Shown here one piece after another: positions 51,032 through 51,146 of a stretch of DNA of 51,146 nucleotides. This DNA comes from Nitrospiraceae bacterium (lineage in GTDB: Bacteria > Nitrospirota > Nitrospiria > Nitrospirales > UBA2166), in NCBI GenBank assembly GCA_002726235.1, contig PBSN01000008.1, positions 510,635 to 561,780 of the forward strand, given 5' to 3'. Position 1 is the first letter of the stretch; each line of letters begins with the position of its first letter. The translations under genes were made by a program, and so were the position numbers. The notes under the pieces were generated by a model. It saw only the letters and a program-made list of their open reading frames with translations. It was not told the origin of the DNA and did no database searches.

Positions 51032-51146
51032 GTGAGTCACGAATCAACAGCATTGATCACCCTAGACGGCGTCAGCGTGGGATATCACGGACAACCAATC
51101 CTCACAGACATCACCTTGTCGCTCCATTACGGCCGTTTGGCAGTTT
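51032..51146 (+). CDS. Metal ABC transporter ATP-binding protein, N-terminus only (truncated by window edge)
   Basis: GTG start 11 nt after the SBP stop; MSHESTALITLDGVSVGYHGQPILTDITLSL is a typical ABC ATPase N-terminus. Confidence 0.75.
   Translation, partial: MSHESTALITLDGVSVGYHGQPILTDITLSLHYGRLAV

Overview
Bacterial chromosomal window with no rRNA, tRNA, CRISPR array or recognisable mobile element. Several genes look Nitrospirota-like, but the taxon cannot be fixed from sequence alone. The left two-thirds is mostly housekeeping: an RND efflux operon, DksA/TraR, a stand-alone NFACT-R protein, a CCA enzyme, xth, polA, a disulfide-oxidoreductase pseudogene, cinA, mutS2, a HAD phosphatase, an M16 peptidase pair, udk, tag, a spondin-domain protein, AddAB-like helicase-nuclease and a divergent EF-G. 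The right third (about 36-51 kb) is enriched in secreted His/Cys-rich proteins and metal-uptake genes. Three things stand out. (1) Two ~100-aa leader ORFs (hydrophobic N-terminus, His/CxW segment, C-terminal RAPP; DUF2946/CruR/CutF-like) each head a putative metal-handling operon. One is followed by a mutually exclusive antiterminator/terminator pair placed as ribosome-stalling attenuation would require. (2) A ~300-nt structured, promoter- and terminator-bounded transcript at 33.0-33.3 kb carries a 13-nt perfect complement of the 16S rRNA 3' end and only micro-ORFs. (3) A paralogous pair of uncharacterised secreted proteins shares three conserved histidines. All family calls come from motif recognition by eye; no searches were run.
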